A stretch of 64,000 nt of DNA from a virus. The notes under the pieces are model-generated. The model saw nothing but the letters and a program-made list of their open reading frames with translations. It had not been told where the DNA came from and made no database searches. Below are positions 28,504 through 38,306 of the stretch, in pieces; positions within the stretch are counted from its first letter, which is position 1, and every line of letters begins with the position of its first letter. The translations under genes were made by a program, and so were the position numbers. The stretch spans positions 53,044 through 117,043 of IMG/VR virus record IMGVR_UViG_3300050821_005389; one strand, written 5' to 3'.

Positions 28504-29288
28504 CGAGTTATTGGTTCCTTATACTCAATTCTTTCGTAATCTACTTGTCCCGTTCCAAGCACATATTTACGAATACCCCGTTTATCAAAACACGGTCGCG
28601 CTTTACTAGATGCCCGTCTGCGATATTGATTATAGCGCTCACTGTCTTCGCCCTTCTGTTCAGAAATTTGTACAGTAGGGACGACAGCTACACGGAAACA
28701 AGCTCGTTTGGCGTCGATGAACCATGCGCCGTGCTCGCCACCCCCGATCTTCACATCGTCATCCCAATGCACAACTTTAAGTACATCGGCTCGAATCAAG
28801 GAACAGTTGATCGTTAAGTCACAATCAACAAACCAAAGATCTTCATAGCCAGAAATACAAACAGGATGTTCGATTATTGTATCACCACGATCCTCTAGAG
28901 TAAATTCATACGGTCCCCGAACGCGACCACCCACGATATCCACGTCGGTGTGATCTAGTACATCAGTTAATTTTTCTAGTCCCTTTCTAGCCGTCGGCGG
29001 CCTGAAATCGAAATCATCGCTCGCCATAAAAAGATAGGGTGTGTCTAGAGACTGAGCCAATGCATTGGACATCCGACCGAACCCGGCATCATAATCCAGC
29101 CAAATAACTTTATGGCCCGAACGGATAAGATCGGCGTAAATGCCATCCTTTTCTTCGTTGTGTTCTCCACAATCGGCAACCGTAATTTTTACCTCGGGCA
29201 TGGTATCTCTAATAGCACCGAGAGTATTGAAAAGTTTATGATCTCTTAAAAAAGTGCGGACGCCAATCGTAACTTTTTCTAGTGTCAC
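28500..29288 (-). CDS. GT-A glycosyltransferase resembling the GT12 (B4GALNT) catalytic domain
   Basis: VTI..RTFLR..L...IR...P...I.VAD, T.Y....DDF.F, DIVGG, EH..WF.D, Y..YR. Confidence 0.7.
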   Translation of the reverse strand: MTLEKVTIGVRTFLRDHKLFNTLGAIRDTMPEVKITVADCGEHNEEKDGIYADLIRSGHKVIWLDYDAGFGRMSNALAQSLDTPYLFMASDDFDFRPPTARKGLEKLTDVLDHTDVDIVGGRVRGPYEFTLEDRGDTIIEHPVCISGYEDLWFVDCDLTINCSLIRADVLKVVHWDDDVKIGGGEHGAWFIDAKRACFRVAVVPTVQISEQKGEDSERYNQYRRRASSKARPCFDKRGIRKYVLGTGQVDYERIEYKEPITR

Positions 29289-29485
29289 GGTCTGCTCCCC
29301 GGAGCGATTAAACCGAAATTAATCTTTCTAGCGATTTGTTGCTGTTTCCGTTTCAGCTTATCTTTCCTACGCTGTTTCTTTTTGGCTGCTTTCCAGCCGG
29401 CTTTTCTGATCGATTTCTCTTTGGCACGTTTTTCTACGGCTTCACGTGCTTCGGCGATTTTTTGTTCTAGAATTAAATCACCCAC
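29285..29485 (-). CDS. Small basic protein
   Basis: Lys/Arg-rich ORF coupled to the first glycosyltransferase. Confidence 0.4.
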   Translation of the reverse strand: MGDLILEQKIAEAREAVEKRAKEKSIRKAGWKAAKKKQRRKDKLKRKQQQIARKINFGLIAPGSRP

Positions 29486-29569
29486 GGTGATCCCACAAAA
29501 CGAGTATCATATAAAAAGATTCCAGTATGATGACTATTAATAAAGCGATGTTGAATAGACCACGACCTT

Positions 29570-30019
29570 TCACCAGACATCCTTAAAAGCGCCTTGCTCG
29601 GCTAGATTCAACATGCAATTTTGCCATGCTGTTCCGTGATTTTCCTGATAGTCTGCGCCTTTGCCTTCTTTCTCGTATCGCTCCCAGATCAAAATGTGGC
29701 AGCTTTCGTGACTAATTGAAAGTACCTCCTCATTCAGCGTTGGGTTATAGGTTGGTGAAATACGTATTTTATACCAATGGCCGCCTAAAGCATGTTCTGT
29801 ATCAGCCATAAAAACGTGATTGGGTTTTGAATCAATAATATCTTCTTCTACGACTTCAGCATTCGGCAACTGCCCGAGAAAATAGGTTTCATTATAATAG
29901 TCAAACAGGGATTTCGGATCGGCGGACAAGTGATGCTTTTTAGGAGAAGCTTGGACTAAAATAGCGATAATCAGTGTAACCGGAATGACGCCTATCAAAA
30001 AGTATCGTATGTGCCGCAT
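29570..30019 (-). CDS. Membrane-anchored SprT-like zinc metalloprotease
   Basis: N-terminal TM helix, F..YN..YF.G.L, HESCH, H...W; AGGAG RBS before ATG 30019. Confidence 0.7.
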   Translation of the reverse strand: MRHIRYFLIGVIPVTLIIAILVQASPKKHHLSADPKSLFDYYNETYFLGQLPNAEVVEEDIIDSKPNHVFMADTEHALGGHWYKIRISPTYNPTLNEEVLSISHESCHILIWERYEKEGKGADYQENHGTAWQNCMLNLAEQGAFKDVW

Positions 30020-30035
30020 AACTATCTCCTGCACA

Positions 30036-30064
30036 ATATTACGATTAATCTGAGGTATTGTCAA
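30036..30064 (-). promoter_or_regulatory. Sigma70-type promoter
   Basis: TTGACA-17-TAATAT. Confidence 0.6.
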
Positions 30065-30830
30065 TAGTAAATCCTCCAACAGTTCGTTGATCGCGGCCAA
30101 AAGTAAAGAGCGTGCGACCATGAAACGGGTCGGGCTGAAACGGTACAATTAACTTTTTCCGGAACGTCATGGCAATTTCGTGGCAATATTGGATATATTC
30201 TCGGTATTGTTTCCTGATTCTGCGTTCAAATTTATCTTCGTCTTCTCGTTCAGTTATGGCTGCGCAAACCGCCTCTGCCCACGCCTTCTCTTCGGCCAGA
30301 GAATCGGCTACAAAGTTCTCTTCCGAGATACCATCGAAAATAAAATTGATATGAAACTCGAACTTCTTCTTTCTAGGATTATAGATGTAAACGTTTGACT
30401 GACGTTCGCTCCCGTAATTGGCTCTTTGAATATCCGCGGCCGTCACGAGATCAATACGAGGTACTTTTTCTCGCACGACAGGCAGCCAGATACGATCCTC
30501 ATCTTTAATAACCCGGCCATTTTTGTATCGGACTATCCGAAGAGCCTTACCAATACTAATGAACTCATCCGCTCTATAATACGTGACGTAGCGCCGACAG
30601 CGACATGACTTTGGGAGAGGATAGTAGTCAATACCGTCGATGACTTCCCGATCGACTACGGCATCCCAACTTTCTTTCTTGGTTAATCCTGGTATCTTGC
30701 CTAGATCCTTTTCCTTATGACTACGAATCTTCTCGACGTACCGCTCGTCGATTTTTAAACTGTCGGCAGTTCGAATTATAGGTTGGATTTTACAACTATG
30801 GACAAGTACGGGATAATGAATTGTCTTCAA
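30045..30830 (-). CDS. Hypothetical protein
   Basis: 261-aa ORF coupled to the upstream gene. Confidence 0.6.
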   Translation of the reverse strand: MKTIHYPVLVHSCKIQPIIRTADSLKIDERYVEKIRSHKEKDLGKIPGLTKKESWDAVVDREVIDGIDYYPLPKSCRCRRYVTYYRADEFISIGKALRIVRYKNGRVIKDEDRIWLPVVREKVPRIDLVTAADIQRANYGSERQSNVYIYNPRKKKFEFHINFIFDGISEENFVADSLAEEKAWAEAVCAAITEREDEDKFERRIRKQYREYIQYCHEIAMTFRKKLIVPFQPDPFHGRTLFTFGRDQRTVGGFTIDNTSD

Positions 30831-31216
30831 CTTCTGGGCCTGCCTTTGCGCTTTCCAGCTTTTTTACCGGTATCGGCTCGTAATCCTTCTGCGGCTCTCT
30901 TAATCGATCTTATAATAGAATTAATGCTGTTATAAGTTTTATTCAACTCTTGGGCGATTTGACCGCGGCTCCACTGTTGATTGAAATACAAATAGGCTAC
31001 TCTGGCCCAGATGCCGGCCCGTTCGCGCTGTTTAGAATCAGTTTCCAACTGGGGGAATACACGAATCAAGAACAAACGGATGTCGTCTTGACTGTGCGCC
31101 CACACCGGCGCCTTTTTTCTAGGTCGCCGTATTTTAAGAATCTGATGACCCCACGTCATAAAAGGGTCTTGACTATCTATATGCTTTCGGAGTTCTCCGA
31201 AGCTGTCAATAGCCAA
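30827..31216 (-). CDS. HTH DNA-binding protein (sigma region-4-like)
   Basis: YLYFNQQWSRGQIAQELNKTYNSINSIIRSIK helix-turn-helix pattern. Confidence 0.55.
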   Translation of the reverse strand: MAIDSFGELRKHIDSQDPFMTWGHQILKIRRPRKKAPVWAHSQDDIRLFLIRVFPQLETDSKQRERAGIWARVAYLYFNQQWSRGQIAQELNKTYNSINSIIRSIKRAAEGLRADTGKKAGKRKGRPRS

Positions 31217-31629
31217 TATCTTGATCCGGTGCGTATGGTTCCGAATCGTCTGTTATCTCAGGCATGTTTTCTCGCCAATCGTTAGCTGATAATGACAGAT
31301 CGATTCGTTTTTGTATTGTTTTATCGGCGCAATTTGAACACATGCCGTTCCAAGCCTTGTTACCTTTCCCAGTACACAGTTTGCTAATTTTAGCTTTGCA
31401 AATCATCACTCCCTCACTTTGCTTTGACCGCTCTGAAATGATTTGTCAAACTGAAATTCTTGAAAGTGTACGTCTTCGTCTCGAGAATCGCTGTTATGTA
31501 CAAAACGTCCTACGGCGGCAAGCTGATGGGCGCGGGGATGAAAGCGACATATATAACGGGCATCTTTACTAACTGCCTCCTCAGTCTTGAATACTTCTTG
31601 ACAACCACGGACCTGACAAACTATTTCGT

Positions 31630-32841
31630 TCAATCCACTCCTTCTGGTTCGGGCTCATCCTCGAAAAAATCATCTTCTGGACTGGCTATTTTAAAGTGTT
31701 CATCTCGGTATGCGGTGTCATTTAAACTAAACGCCTTGAAATACGGATCGTGGCGATCGTCTTGTGGATAAACTATGCTAAAAGTGTCCGGCCAATCGTT
31801 GTTTTTCCAACTGTTAACGATTTGAACTATTTGTCTAGCGGCTACAGAAGCGGCACTCCTGGCAAACTCTTCTGTAATACGGCCGGCGTTAAATTGAATC
31901 CTCTGACGAGTAAATCCTGAATCTGATACCGGATAACCGTTATCTGCTAGCCACGCTGATTTACGTTCTTTTGCTGCCTTAGTAGTATCTAAACTACCGT
32001 CTGCTTTCTTTCCTTGCGCTTCGGCCATCGCATCCAGTGCCATTTGACTGCTTACTAAAAAGGCGCCGACATCTGTTGGTTCGGCGACAAACATCTCTGT
32101 TCCTGCTTTAAAAACATCAATGTCTGTTAAAAGCGTAACTCGAGATCCTTTCTTGTAACCAAGGCTTTTCTTAATAAAAGCTAAAAAAGCTACGTCGCGT
32201 ATTCCAGATTGCCAAGAATACCGTCGGAGCTGTTTGGCGTATGAGGCCATTCCAGGCCGTTCGTCATAGTCCTGGCCGGATGTCTTGATGTCGATGATTA
32301 CTGGCCGGAGTAAACCCCATTCCGGTTTCCATTCAATTTTGGGTAATAGTGGATGATTAGGATCGACGTAAGAAACTACGTCTAATCTACCTTCATCAAA
32401 TATCTCTCCATAGTTCTCATCACCAGGGAAGACTTCCTTAGAATATACTCTTTGAAAAACCGATGCGCCGCCTAGAGGAATTGGTAAAGAAGGTTGCTTT
32501 ATAATATAAAGCTTGCTCCAATCGGCACCTATTTTGTTACAAGTTTCCCAATCTTTTTCTACTCTTGTGTAAAGTAAGTTAGCTTCTTTCGCTGGCGCCC
32601 AAAGTTCTTGGAACTTCTCAACCATTCCTTTACCACCGTTGTCGTGGTGAAACTCCAAAGCTTGCTCGACTGCTTTGCCAAGAGCAAATCGCGCCATATC
32701 GTCCTTCTCGATCCAACCGACGACACGTCTGAGATAGTAGCGACTAGGCGATTTATCGTAATCCAGCCCAGCCGAATAGCTGTGTTTTTGATGCGGTTTT
32801 CCATCTTGTCTAATATACAGACAGGCCAATAGCCGCTCCAT
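31630..32841 (-). CDS. PD-(D/E)xK exonuclease (RecB/AddB-like)
   Basis: HSYS, G.A....E, GRLD, IIDIKTS, QL..Y; acidic C-tail. Confidence 0.75.
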   Translation of the reverse strand: MERLLACLYIRQDGKPHQKHSYSAGLDYDKSPSRYYLRRVVGWIEKDDMARFALGKAVEQALEFHHDNGGKGMVEKFQELWAPAKEANLLYTRVEKDWETCNKIGADWSKLYIIKQPSLPIPLGGASVFQRVYSKEVFPGDENYGEIFDEGRLDVVSYVDPNHPLLPKIEWKPEWGLLRPVIIDIKTSGQDYDERPGMASYAKQLRRYSWQSGIRDVAFLAFIKKSLGYKKGSRVTLLTDIDVFKAGTEMFVAEPTDVGAFLVSSQMALDAMAEAQGKKADGSLDTTKAAKERKSAWLADNGYPVSDSGFTRQRIQFNAGRITEEFARSAASVAARQIVQIVNSWKNNDWPDTFSIVYPQDDRHDPYFKAFSLNDTAYRDEHFKIASPEDDFFEDEPEPEGVD

Positions 32842-34408
32842 GTTTTACAATACGATCTTGATACGGTAAAAGATACATACTTAAGTTCTTATGAAAACTT
32901 ATGTGAAGCTCCTTACAAGCTCTCGACGCGGCCACGAAAAAAATTCTGGCTTCTTCGTTCAACTCTCCTTCTCTATGCGGCATGACTCCTTGATCGGTAC
33001 CTATCAAGTATACCACATCTATCTCCATTCCCTTAAATTGGTGTACCGTGGATAGCGTAAGACTCTTCGCTTTCTTTGCGTGTGTTATTCTACGGATATA
33101 ATCTAGAAACTCTTTAATCGACTTTCCCTTACTGGCCGCGATTTTGACAATGCCGTTTAGATTCTCGACAGGACTAGCTTCCATTGGGTTGCCGCTACCG
33201 ACCTTTGAGTAGATATGAAGCAATCTCTTTTCATGGATAATTCCTTTTAGAACTTCATCGGCAGGTTCGTCTGGCGGTGCGCTTTTGGCGTAACTCAGAA
33301 GCTTCTTTACTTCATTTTGATCCCAGAGATCCTTACGACCGAGGAAATTACAGCGAATTCCTTTAGTAGCACAAATGCGTTGAAACAAGAACAATTGTCG
33401 ATTGGTACGAGCGATTACGGCAGTGTTTTCGGGATCGGTAATTTTCTTTAAAACCTGTTCGGCTTCTTCTTCGTCATCTTCGTACTTGGTAATGGTAAAC
33501 GGTACACCTTCCGGGTTGTAAGTAGTCATCCTAGAAGCCAAACCGTTGTCGACCGGAAGGATTTCTTTTAAGAAATTTACCAAAGAAGCCGACGACCTGT
33601 GATTCGTCCCGAGATACAATACTTTGGCGCCAGGAAACACTCTAGCGAAATTCGTTAGGTTATTCGGGCGGGCGTCTCTGAACTCGTAGATAAGTTGGTT
33701 TTCGTCGCCCACTGCAAACACGTTTCCGTCAAACAAAAGCTGAAGGAGCTTAAATTGAATCTCAGAACAGTCTTGCGCCTCGTCTACGGAAAGATACTTT
33801 CTTTTATACTTGCCTTTTACTTCCTGATTTGTCTCTAGTAGATTGACTGTTTCCAAAATAAGATTATCGAAGTCAAGCCAGCCCTGTTCTCTACTTTTAA
33901 GCTCATAATCTCGATACCCGAGAGCGTAGAAATATTCGACACCGCTATTTCTAGACTCATCAATCGCTTGGTCCGGACGAATATTTGAATTCTTCCACGC
34001 AGCGATTTTATCCCGTAGAGTTCGCCAGTTGATAGCTCGATTGTAGACATCTACCAATTCAAATAACAGCGTGTATTCTTGTAATTCGACCGGTATAATC
34101 GTTTCGCAAGTCTCGAACGGTAGTTTATCTCGCTCTTTTTTCAATAACTCCAAACAAAAACTATGAAATGTGCGGAAAACAGAATCAGCGTCCAGTATCC
34201 CTGACCGGGAGGCCATCTCTTGCGCAGCTCCCCTAGTAAAAGTCAAGTTTAGCATACTTTCAAAAGGGACGCCGTCTCGAAGCATCTTAAGGTACCGCTC
34301 AACAAGGCATCTCGACTTACCGCTACCTGGGCCCGCCAACACCACCCACACTCCGTCTCGAGCATTAACTACGGTTTGTTGTTCCTCATTAAGAACGACG
34401 TTAGACAA
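32810..34408 (-). CDS. UvrD/Rep SF1 helicase
   Basis: LN.EQ, AGPGSGKS, TFT, TFHS, VDEAQD, VGD.NQ.IY.FR, NHRS, TVHQFKG.E, EE.R..FVA.SRA. Confidence 0.95.
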   Translation of the reverse strand: MSNVVLNEEQQTVVNARDGVWVVLAGPGSGKSRCLVERYLKMLRDGVPFESMLNLTFTRGAAQEMASRSGILDADSVFRTFHSFCLELLKKERDKLPFETCETIIPVELQEYTLLFELVDVYNRAINWRTLRDKIAAWKNSNIRPDQAIDESRNSGVEYFYALGYRDYELKSREQGWLDFDNLILETVNLLETNQEVKGKYKRKYLSVDEAQDCSEIQFKLLQLLFDGNVFAVGDENQLIYEFRDARPNNLTNFARVFPGAKVLYLGTNHRSSASLVNFLKEILPVDNGLASRMTTYNPEGVPFTITKYEDDEEEAEQVLKKITDPENTAVIARTNRQLFLFQRICATKGIRCNFLGRKDLWDQNEVKKLLSYAKSAPPDEPADEVLKGIIHEKRLLHIYSKVGSGNPMEASPVENLNGIVKIAASKGKSIKEFLDYIRRITHAKKAKSLTLSTVHQFKGMEIDVVYLIGTDQGVMPHREGELNEEARIFFVAASRACKELHISFHKNLSMYLLPYQDRIVKHGAAIGLSVY

Positions 34409-34654
34409 TTTTCTGTCGCCTTACGCGGGTCATTGGATCGCCGGGATCACCGTCTGCGGATTCAAGGAAATCAGGATCTTTCAACCTCGTCATTATCAAA
34501 TCGTATGAAGCACCTTCTGAGAATATCTTACGGAAATTATCCGGTTGCAAGATAGGCATATTCAGAGCAAAGGAAGGATGAACCCAAGGCCGTTGGCGAA
34601 GAATGGCGCTACCATCGTCAAATTCGGCTGTTTCAACTGTTACTCTTACGACTT

Positions 34655-34939
34655 TCAATCTGGATACTCCTTCTTCGGGGGTTTAAACCCCAAAGTCTTA
34701 CCACCGCTGACTTCTAAAACCCAGCCTATTTGTTTAGCTTCGTATTCGGTCATTTGATTCTTCTTACAAAAATCGCTACATTCCACAACGGGAAAAGGAA
34801 GATGTAATCTTTCCAAACCTCGGTTGGTGCAGTATACTTTTTCCTGACCCTGTTGCGGGCCTTTTATGACGTGACCGTAATCACAAGAATCGCAGAGTCT
34901 TTTATCAGGCCTAGTTCCATCCAGAATCTTAAAACTCAC
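34655..34939 (-). CDS. Cys-rich hypothetical protein
   Basis: CDSC...C...C pattern. Confidence 0.5.
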   Translation of the reverse strand: MSFKILDGTRPDKRLCDSCDYGHVIKGPQQGQEKVYCTNRGLERLHLPFPVVECSDFCKKNQMTEYEAKQIGWVLEVSGGKTLGFKPPKKEYPD

Positions 34940-35056
34940 TTAGGTTGTGTTAACCTCGGCGTCGGTAGATCGGAACGCATCTTTAAAACCCAATCTCGAA
35001 CTTCGGAGTGAATTAATTTTAAAGGAATTTGAGACGGATAAAGCCAATACCAGATT

Positions 35057-35965
35057 TTACGCATTCGCGGTCTCCTTCTTCGGATCGATTTGTTCGTAGA
35101 TGTGCTGAACTAGCCAAGGAAAACCTTTTATGGCTTTATTCATATCCAGAAACATAATCAGCGATTCCCATTGTTCAACTGATAACGTTTGAGTCGTTTT
35201 CCCTGGATACATCTTTTTTACAAATGCCTTCATCTGATCCAGTCGGCTACCTAGCTTTTCAGACTGCTGAAATCCTGCCGCAATAAACTCGTTGTTATTA
35301 ATGTACCTATCTTTGATCTGTCTGCCAAATTCCTTCTTTTGCTCTTCCGTTGGTACAGTTTCAGATACGGAAGCGGCCGGAGCCGCCGTAACTTCCTTTC
35401 CGCCAGTTTCCTCCGGCGGCTCGGCCTTGACCTCCTTGCCTGCTTCATTATTTACAAAAACACTCGGTTGTGCGGCAATATTAGATAACGGTGTCGATGA
35501 TGATGCTATGTTAGTAGTCTTTTCGTGGAACTCGGTAATGTCTGAAAAGCCGCCACCTACAAATTGCAAAGTCATACGACGGCACGCCTTGGTTTGAGCA
35601 GCCATTACACAATTCGCGTGCTGCTGGCCCTTAAGTCCGAGTGTAGACACTGTACCGATAGCCATTTCGTGACGACCGGTTTTATCATGTCCTTTTACGA
35701 GCCAGCCTACGTAGCCATCGCCGTTTACTGGTTCCATTGAGTCAACGTCTATACCCATATTCTTTCTTATGATATCGGTGGCACCGCGATCGATACAAAT
35801 CATCAAATGGCGTTTACCGTCTCCGGAGTCGTGGAGTCTTAGATTAACGGCACCGATTTCCGGCGGTACGCTAAGAAATTCGCATACGTCTAGAACGTAT
35901 TTCTGGCGCTCTTCTTCCGTTAATTTTTCAAGATCGCCTAATATTGGCACGAATTTCTTTTTCAT
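35057..35965 (-). CDS. Putative single-strand annealing recombinase
   Basis: M.AQTKA.RR motif followed by a low-complexity linker; lies next to the exonuclease and helicase. Confidence 0.5.
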   Translation of the reverse strand: MKKKFVPILGDLEKLTEEERQKYVLDVCEFLSVPPEIGAVNLRLHDSGDGKRHLMICIDRGATDIIRKNMGIDVDSMEPVNGDGYVGWLVKGHDKTGRHEMAIGTVSTLGLKGQQHANCVMAAQTKACRRMTLQFVGGGFSDITEFHEKTTNIASSSTPLSNIAAQPSVFVNNEAGKEVKAEPPEETGGKEVTAAPAASVSETVPTEEQKKEFGRQIKDRYINNNEFIAAGFQQSEKLGSRLDQMKAFVKKMYPGKTTQTLSVEQWESLIMFLDMNKAIKGFPWLVQHIYEQIDPKKETANA

Positions 35966-36105
35966 TAATCTCGTTCCATTTCGTCTATTTCAGATAGCCA
36001 ATTTCCAATTCTAGCACGAATACCTTCCAGAAGCAAATCGAAGCCGAATCGAAATTCTAGGCCGAATAGAACTCCTACTGTTACTGCTATGAGTCGGATT
36101 AACAT
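35965..36105 (-). CDS. 46-aa hydrophobic peptide (not in ORF track)
   Basis: AGGAGG RBS, MLIRLIAVTVGVLFG..., TAATG coupling to the next gene. Confidence 0.5.
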   Translation of the reverse strand: MLIRLIAVTVGVLFGLEFRFGFDLLLEGIRARIGNWLSEIDEMERD

Positions 36106-36120
36106 ATAACCTCCTAACGA

Positions 36121-36148
36121 ATCATAATACAAACGGAAAGGATGTCAA
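36121..36148 (-). promoter_or_regulatory. Sigma70-type promoter
   Basis: TTGACA-16-TATGAT. Confidence 0.55.
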
Positions 36149-36155
36149 GCTATTT

Positions 36156-38306
36156 TTACTTTCTGTAATATTTTCCTTCGAAGCCGTCGGAAGCAAGGGG
36201 CAAACTCGGAATCCAAGCAACAAATTCCGCCATTATCCGATTCATTTCTTCTAATCCGGGTTCAAGAGGATCGTCATCCGTTTCTGTGCCTGCTTCGTCG
36301 TGTACGTGAAGCACTACCGGTAAACCAGCTTCTTCAAAGGCTAATAACTTGGTAGCTAGCACGTCTCGTGCGATCCCCTGTACGATATTTTCGAATACTT
36401 TTCCACCGTGCGATGTTATATCTTGAATCCACTGTTTAGAAACTTGATCTTGACCCGCATAACAAAGGCTTGGCTTATAGACATCCTCGCCGTCTCTTTG
36501 CCAAGGCATTTTAGTTGGCGCAACACGAGCATCTAGGTAATGAAGGAAGCGGCCGGATGGTAGTTGGATACGAAGAATCGTCCGCGGTACTTCGTTGCAC
36601 TTAAATATCAACTTGTCGAATTTAACACAGCCGTCTACGCCAACTCGGCGTTTTACTCGTTTAGTTCCGGGCTTTAATACATCCTTGATAGCGTCTTCAA
36701 TCGCGTACCAAATCTGCTCGATTTCAGAAAAAGAGTGACGGAATACTTTGACGATTTTCTCAGCATCCTCGAGTGTCATTTTGATACCGTTCCGTTCGGC
36801 ATAAGCCAAAAGCCCCGGAGCGCCGGCACGATAGATGCATTGTAAAACACCTACTTTACCGAATTGGCGCCACGTTTTAGCTCGAATCTTAATAACTTCA
36901 TTTTCTTTGTTATTTATGTCTCTTTCCAAAATCTCGTATACGATTCCACTAAGATCAACGGCGAAGTAGAGATATGGATCGCGGCCTTTTGGCGGGTACT
37001 TGACGCTGTCAAAAACATCCAGAAGCGGCTGGCAACCGGCGACATGAGCACCTACTCGGGTTTCAATGGCATTCAAATCGGCGACATTTAATCGTTTACC
37101 GGGTGCTGCGATAAATGCCGTACGGATGTTATATTTTACGGTTAAAAGCACCGAACCGAACATGTCTTTGATACCTTGATAATCTTCCGCGAAAATCATC
37201 GCTCGGGCTTTCTTAACGTTGTCCTGAATTTCGAATACCTCGTTAGGGCGAGCCATGTTGTGGAGCTGAACGGCGTTTCCGGACCAACGGCCCGCTCTTG
37301 AAGATCCGAGATAAATAAATTGGTTCCGTAATCGATGATCTGGCGAAACTTGCCGAAGAATCGCCGACATTTTCTTATACGACGTAGACGAAGCAGATTT
37401 TCGAACTTCTAGAACCTGTCGGGCTAGCGGAGTTAAAGCATCGTTATTTTTTAACTGGTGCTGAACTACTTTTTCCTCGATTGTATATTCAGATTTACCT
37501 TTCTTCTTGTTTTTGGGCTTCAGACCATTGTAACCTTGAGTCAAAAGCCAATTAAGCATTTGTTCGTTAGAATTAGAGTTTTCAAGACCGGTTAATTTGT
37601 CATTCTCTTTGATCTTTTCTTCTTTTTCTTGAGACGCTAGCTTTAAACCTTTACGTACAAAATCCATGTCTACGAAAACGCCCCTGTCGTTGATACGTTG
37701 GTCCATTAGCCATATCTTTCTTTCAAAAGGCGGCAATGGCCAAGCGCCTAATAGTTTTTCACGGCGCATTACTTCTCGTTCAGCCAGAACATCTCGTCGG
37801 CAGTATTCTATAAATTTTAACCAATCTTCAGGATCCGTATTCCAATCTCGAAAATAAAACTCGTCCGGTTCACCTCGTTTCTTCTTACGTTTAGAAGGTT
37901 CGCTAAACTTCTCTAACAGTCGTTTTCCTTCTTTATCCTTGGCGAGTTCAGCAGGCAACCCCAAAATTTCTCCTACGTCTTCGAGATTTTTTGGCATTGA
38001 AAGATACAAGGCGCTAGGAGATGCGTCTTCAAATCGCTCGATAGGGAGGTTTAAACCGAGTTTAAAGTTGCTTATATAACGTTCAAACGTAGAGTTAAAA
38101 GCAGCCAATTGTTGATTCGGATCTTCGAACCCCTTACGGAGTTTATCCGGCATCGAATCGCGAATAATTTCCCATACTTCTACAGGTTCGTTATCGTATG
38201 CCCAGCCGAGAAGCAAAGGCTCTGTTTCGGGATGGTTGGCGTAATTCCAAACGCCGACTTCTCGGAGGTCTTGGGTCGAACGACTTTCGTAGTCGATGTG
38301 GAGCAT
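36156..38306 (-). CDS. polA: DNA polymerase, family A, with 3'-5' exonuclease
   Basis: ExoI IDYE, ExoII FN..FE, ExoIII YC..D, GRWS...Q..N, motif A ADLNAIE.R, motif B R...K...L...Y, motif C HVHDE. Confidence 0.95.
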   Translation of the reverse strand: MLHIDYESRSTQDLREVGVWNYANHPETEPLLLGWAYDNEPVEVWEIIRDSMPDKLRKGFEDPNQQLAAFNSTFERYISNFKLGLNLPIERFEDASPSALYLSMPKNLEDVGEILGLPAELAKDKEGKRLLEKFSEPSKRKKKRGEPDEFYFRDWNTDPEDWLKFIEYCRRDVLAEREVMRREKLLGAWPLPPFERKIWLMDQRINDRGVFVDMDFVRKGLKLASQEKEEKIKENDKLTGLENSNSNEQMLNWLLTQGYNGLKPKNKKKGKSEYTIEEKVVQHQLKNNDALTPLARQVLEVRKSASSTSYKKMSAILRQVSPDHRLRNQFIYLGSSRAGRWSGNAVQLHNMARPNEVFEIQDNVKKARAMIFAEDYQGIKDMFGSVLLTVKYNIRTAFIAAPGKRLNVADLNAIETRVGAHVAGCQPLLDVFDSVKYPPKGRDPYLYFAVDLSGIVYEILERDINNKENEVIKIRAKTWRQFGKVGVLQCIYRAGAPGLLAYAERNGIKMTLEDAEKIVKVFRHSFSEIEQIWYAIEDAIKDVLKPGTKRVKRRVGVDGCVKFDKLIFKCNEVPRTILRIQLPSGRFLHYLDARVAPTKMPWQRDGEDVYKPSLCYAGQDQVSKQWIQDITSHGGKVFENIVQGIARDVLATKLLAFEEAGLPVVLHVHDEAGTETDDDPLEPGLEEMNRIMAEFVAWIPSLPLASDGFEGKYYRK

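Noticed and set aside
31630-32841. Nuclease as Cas4 or part of a defence system
   Set aside because: No Fe-S cysteines; its context with UvrD and the SSAP indicates recombination
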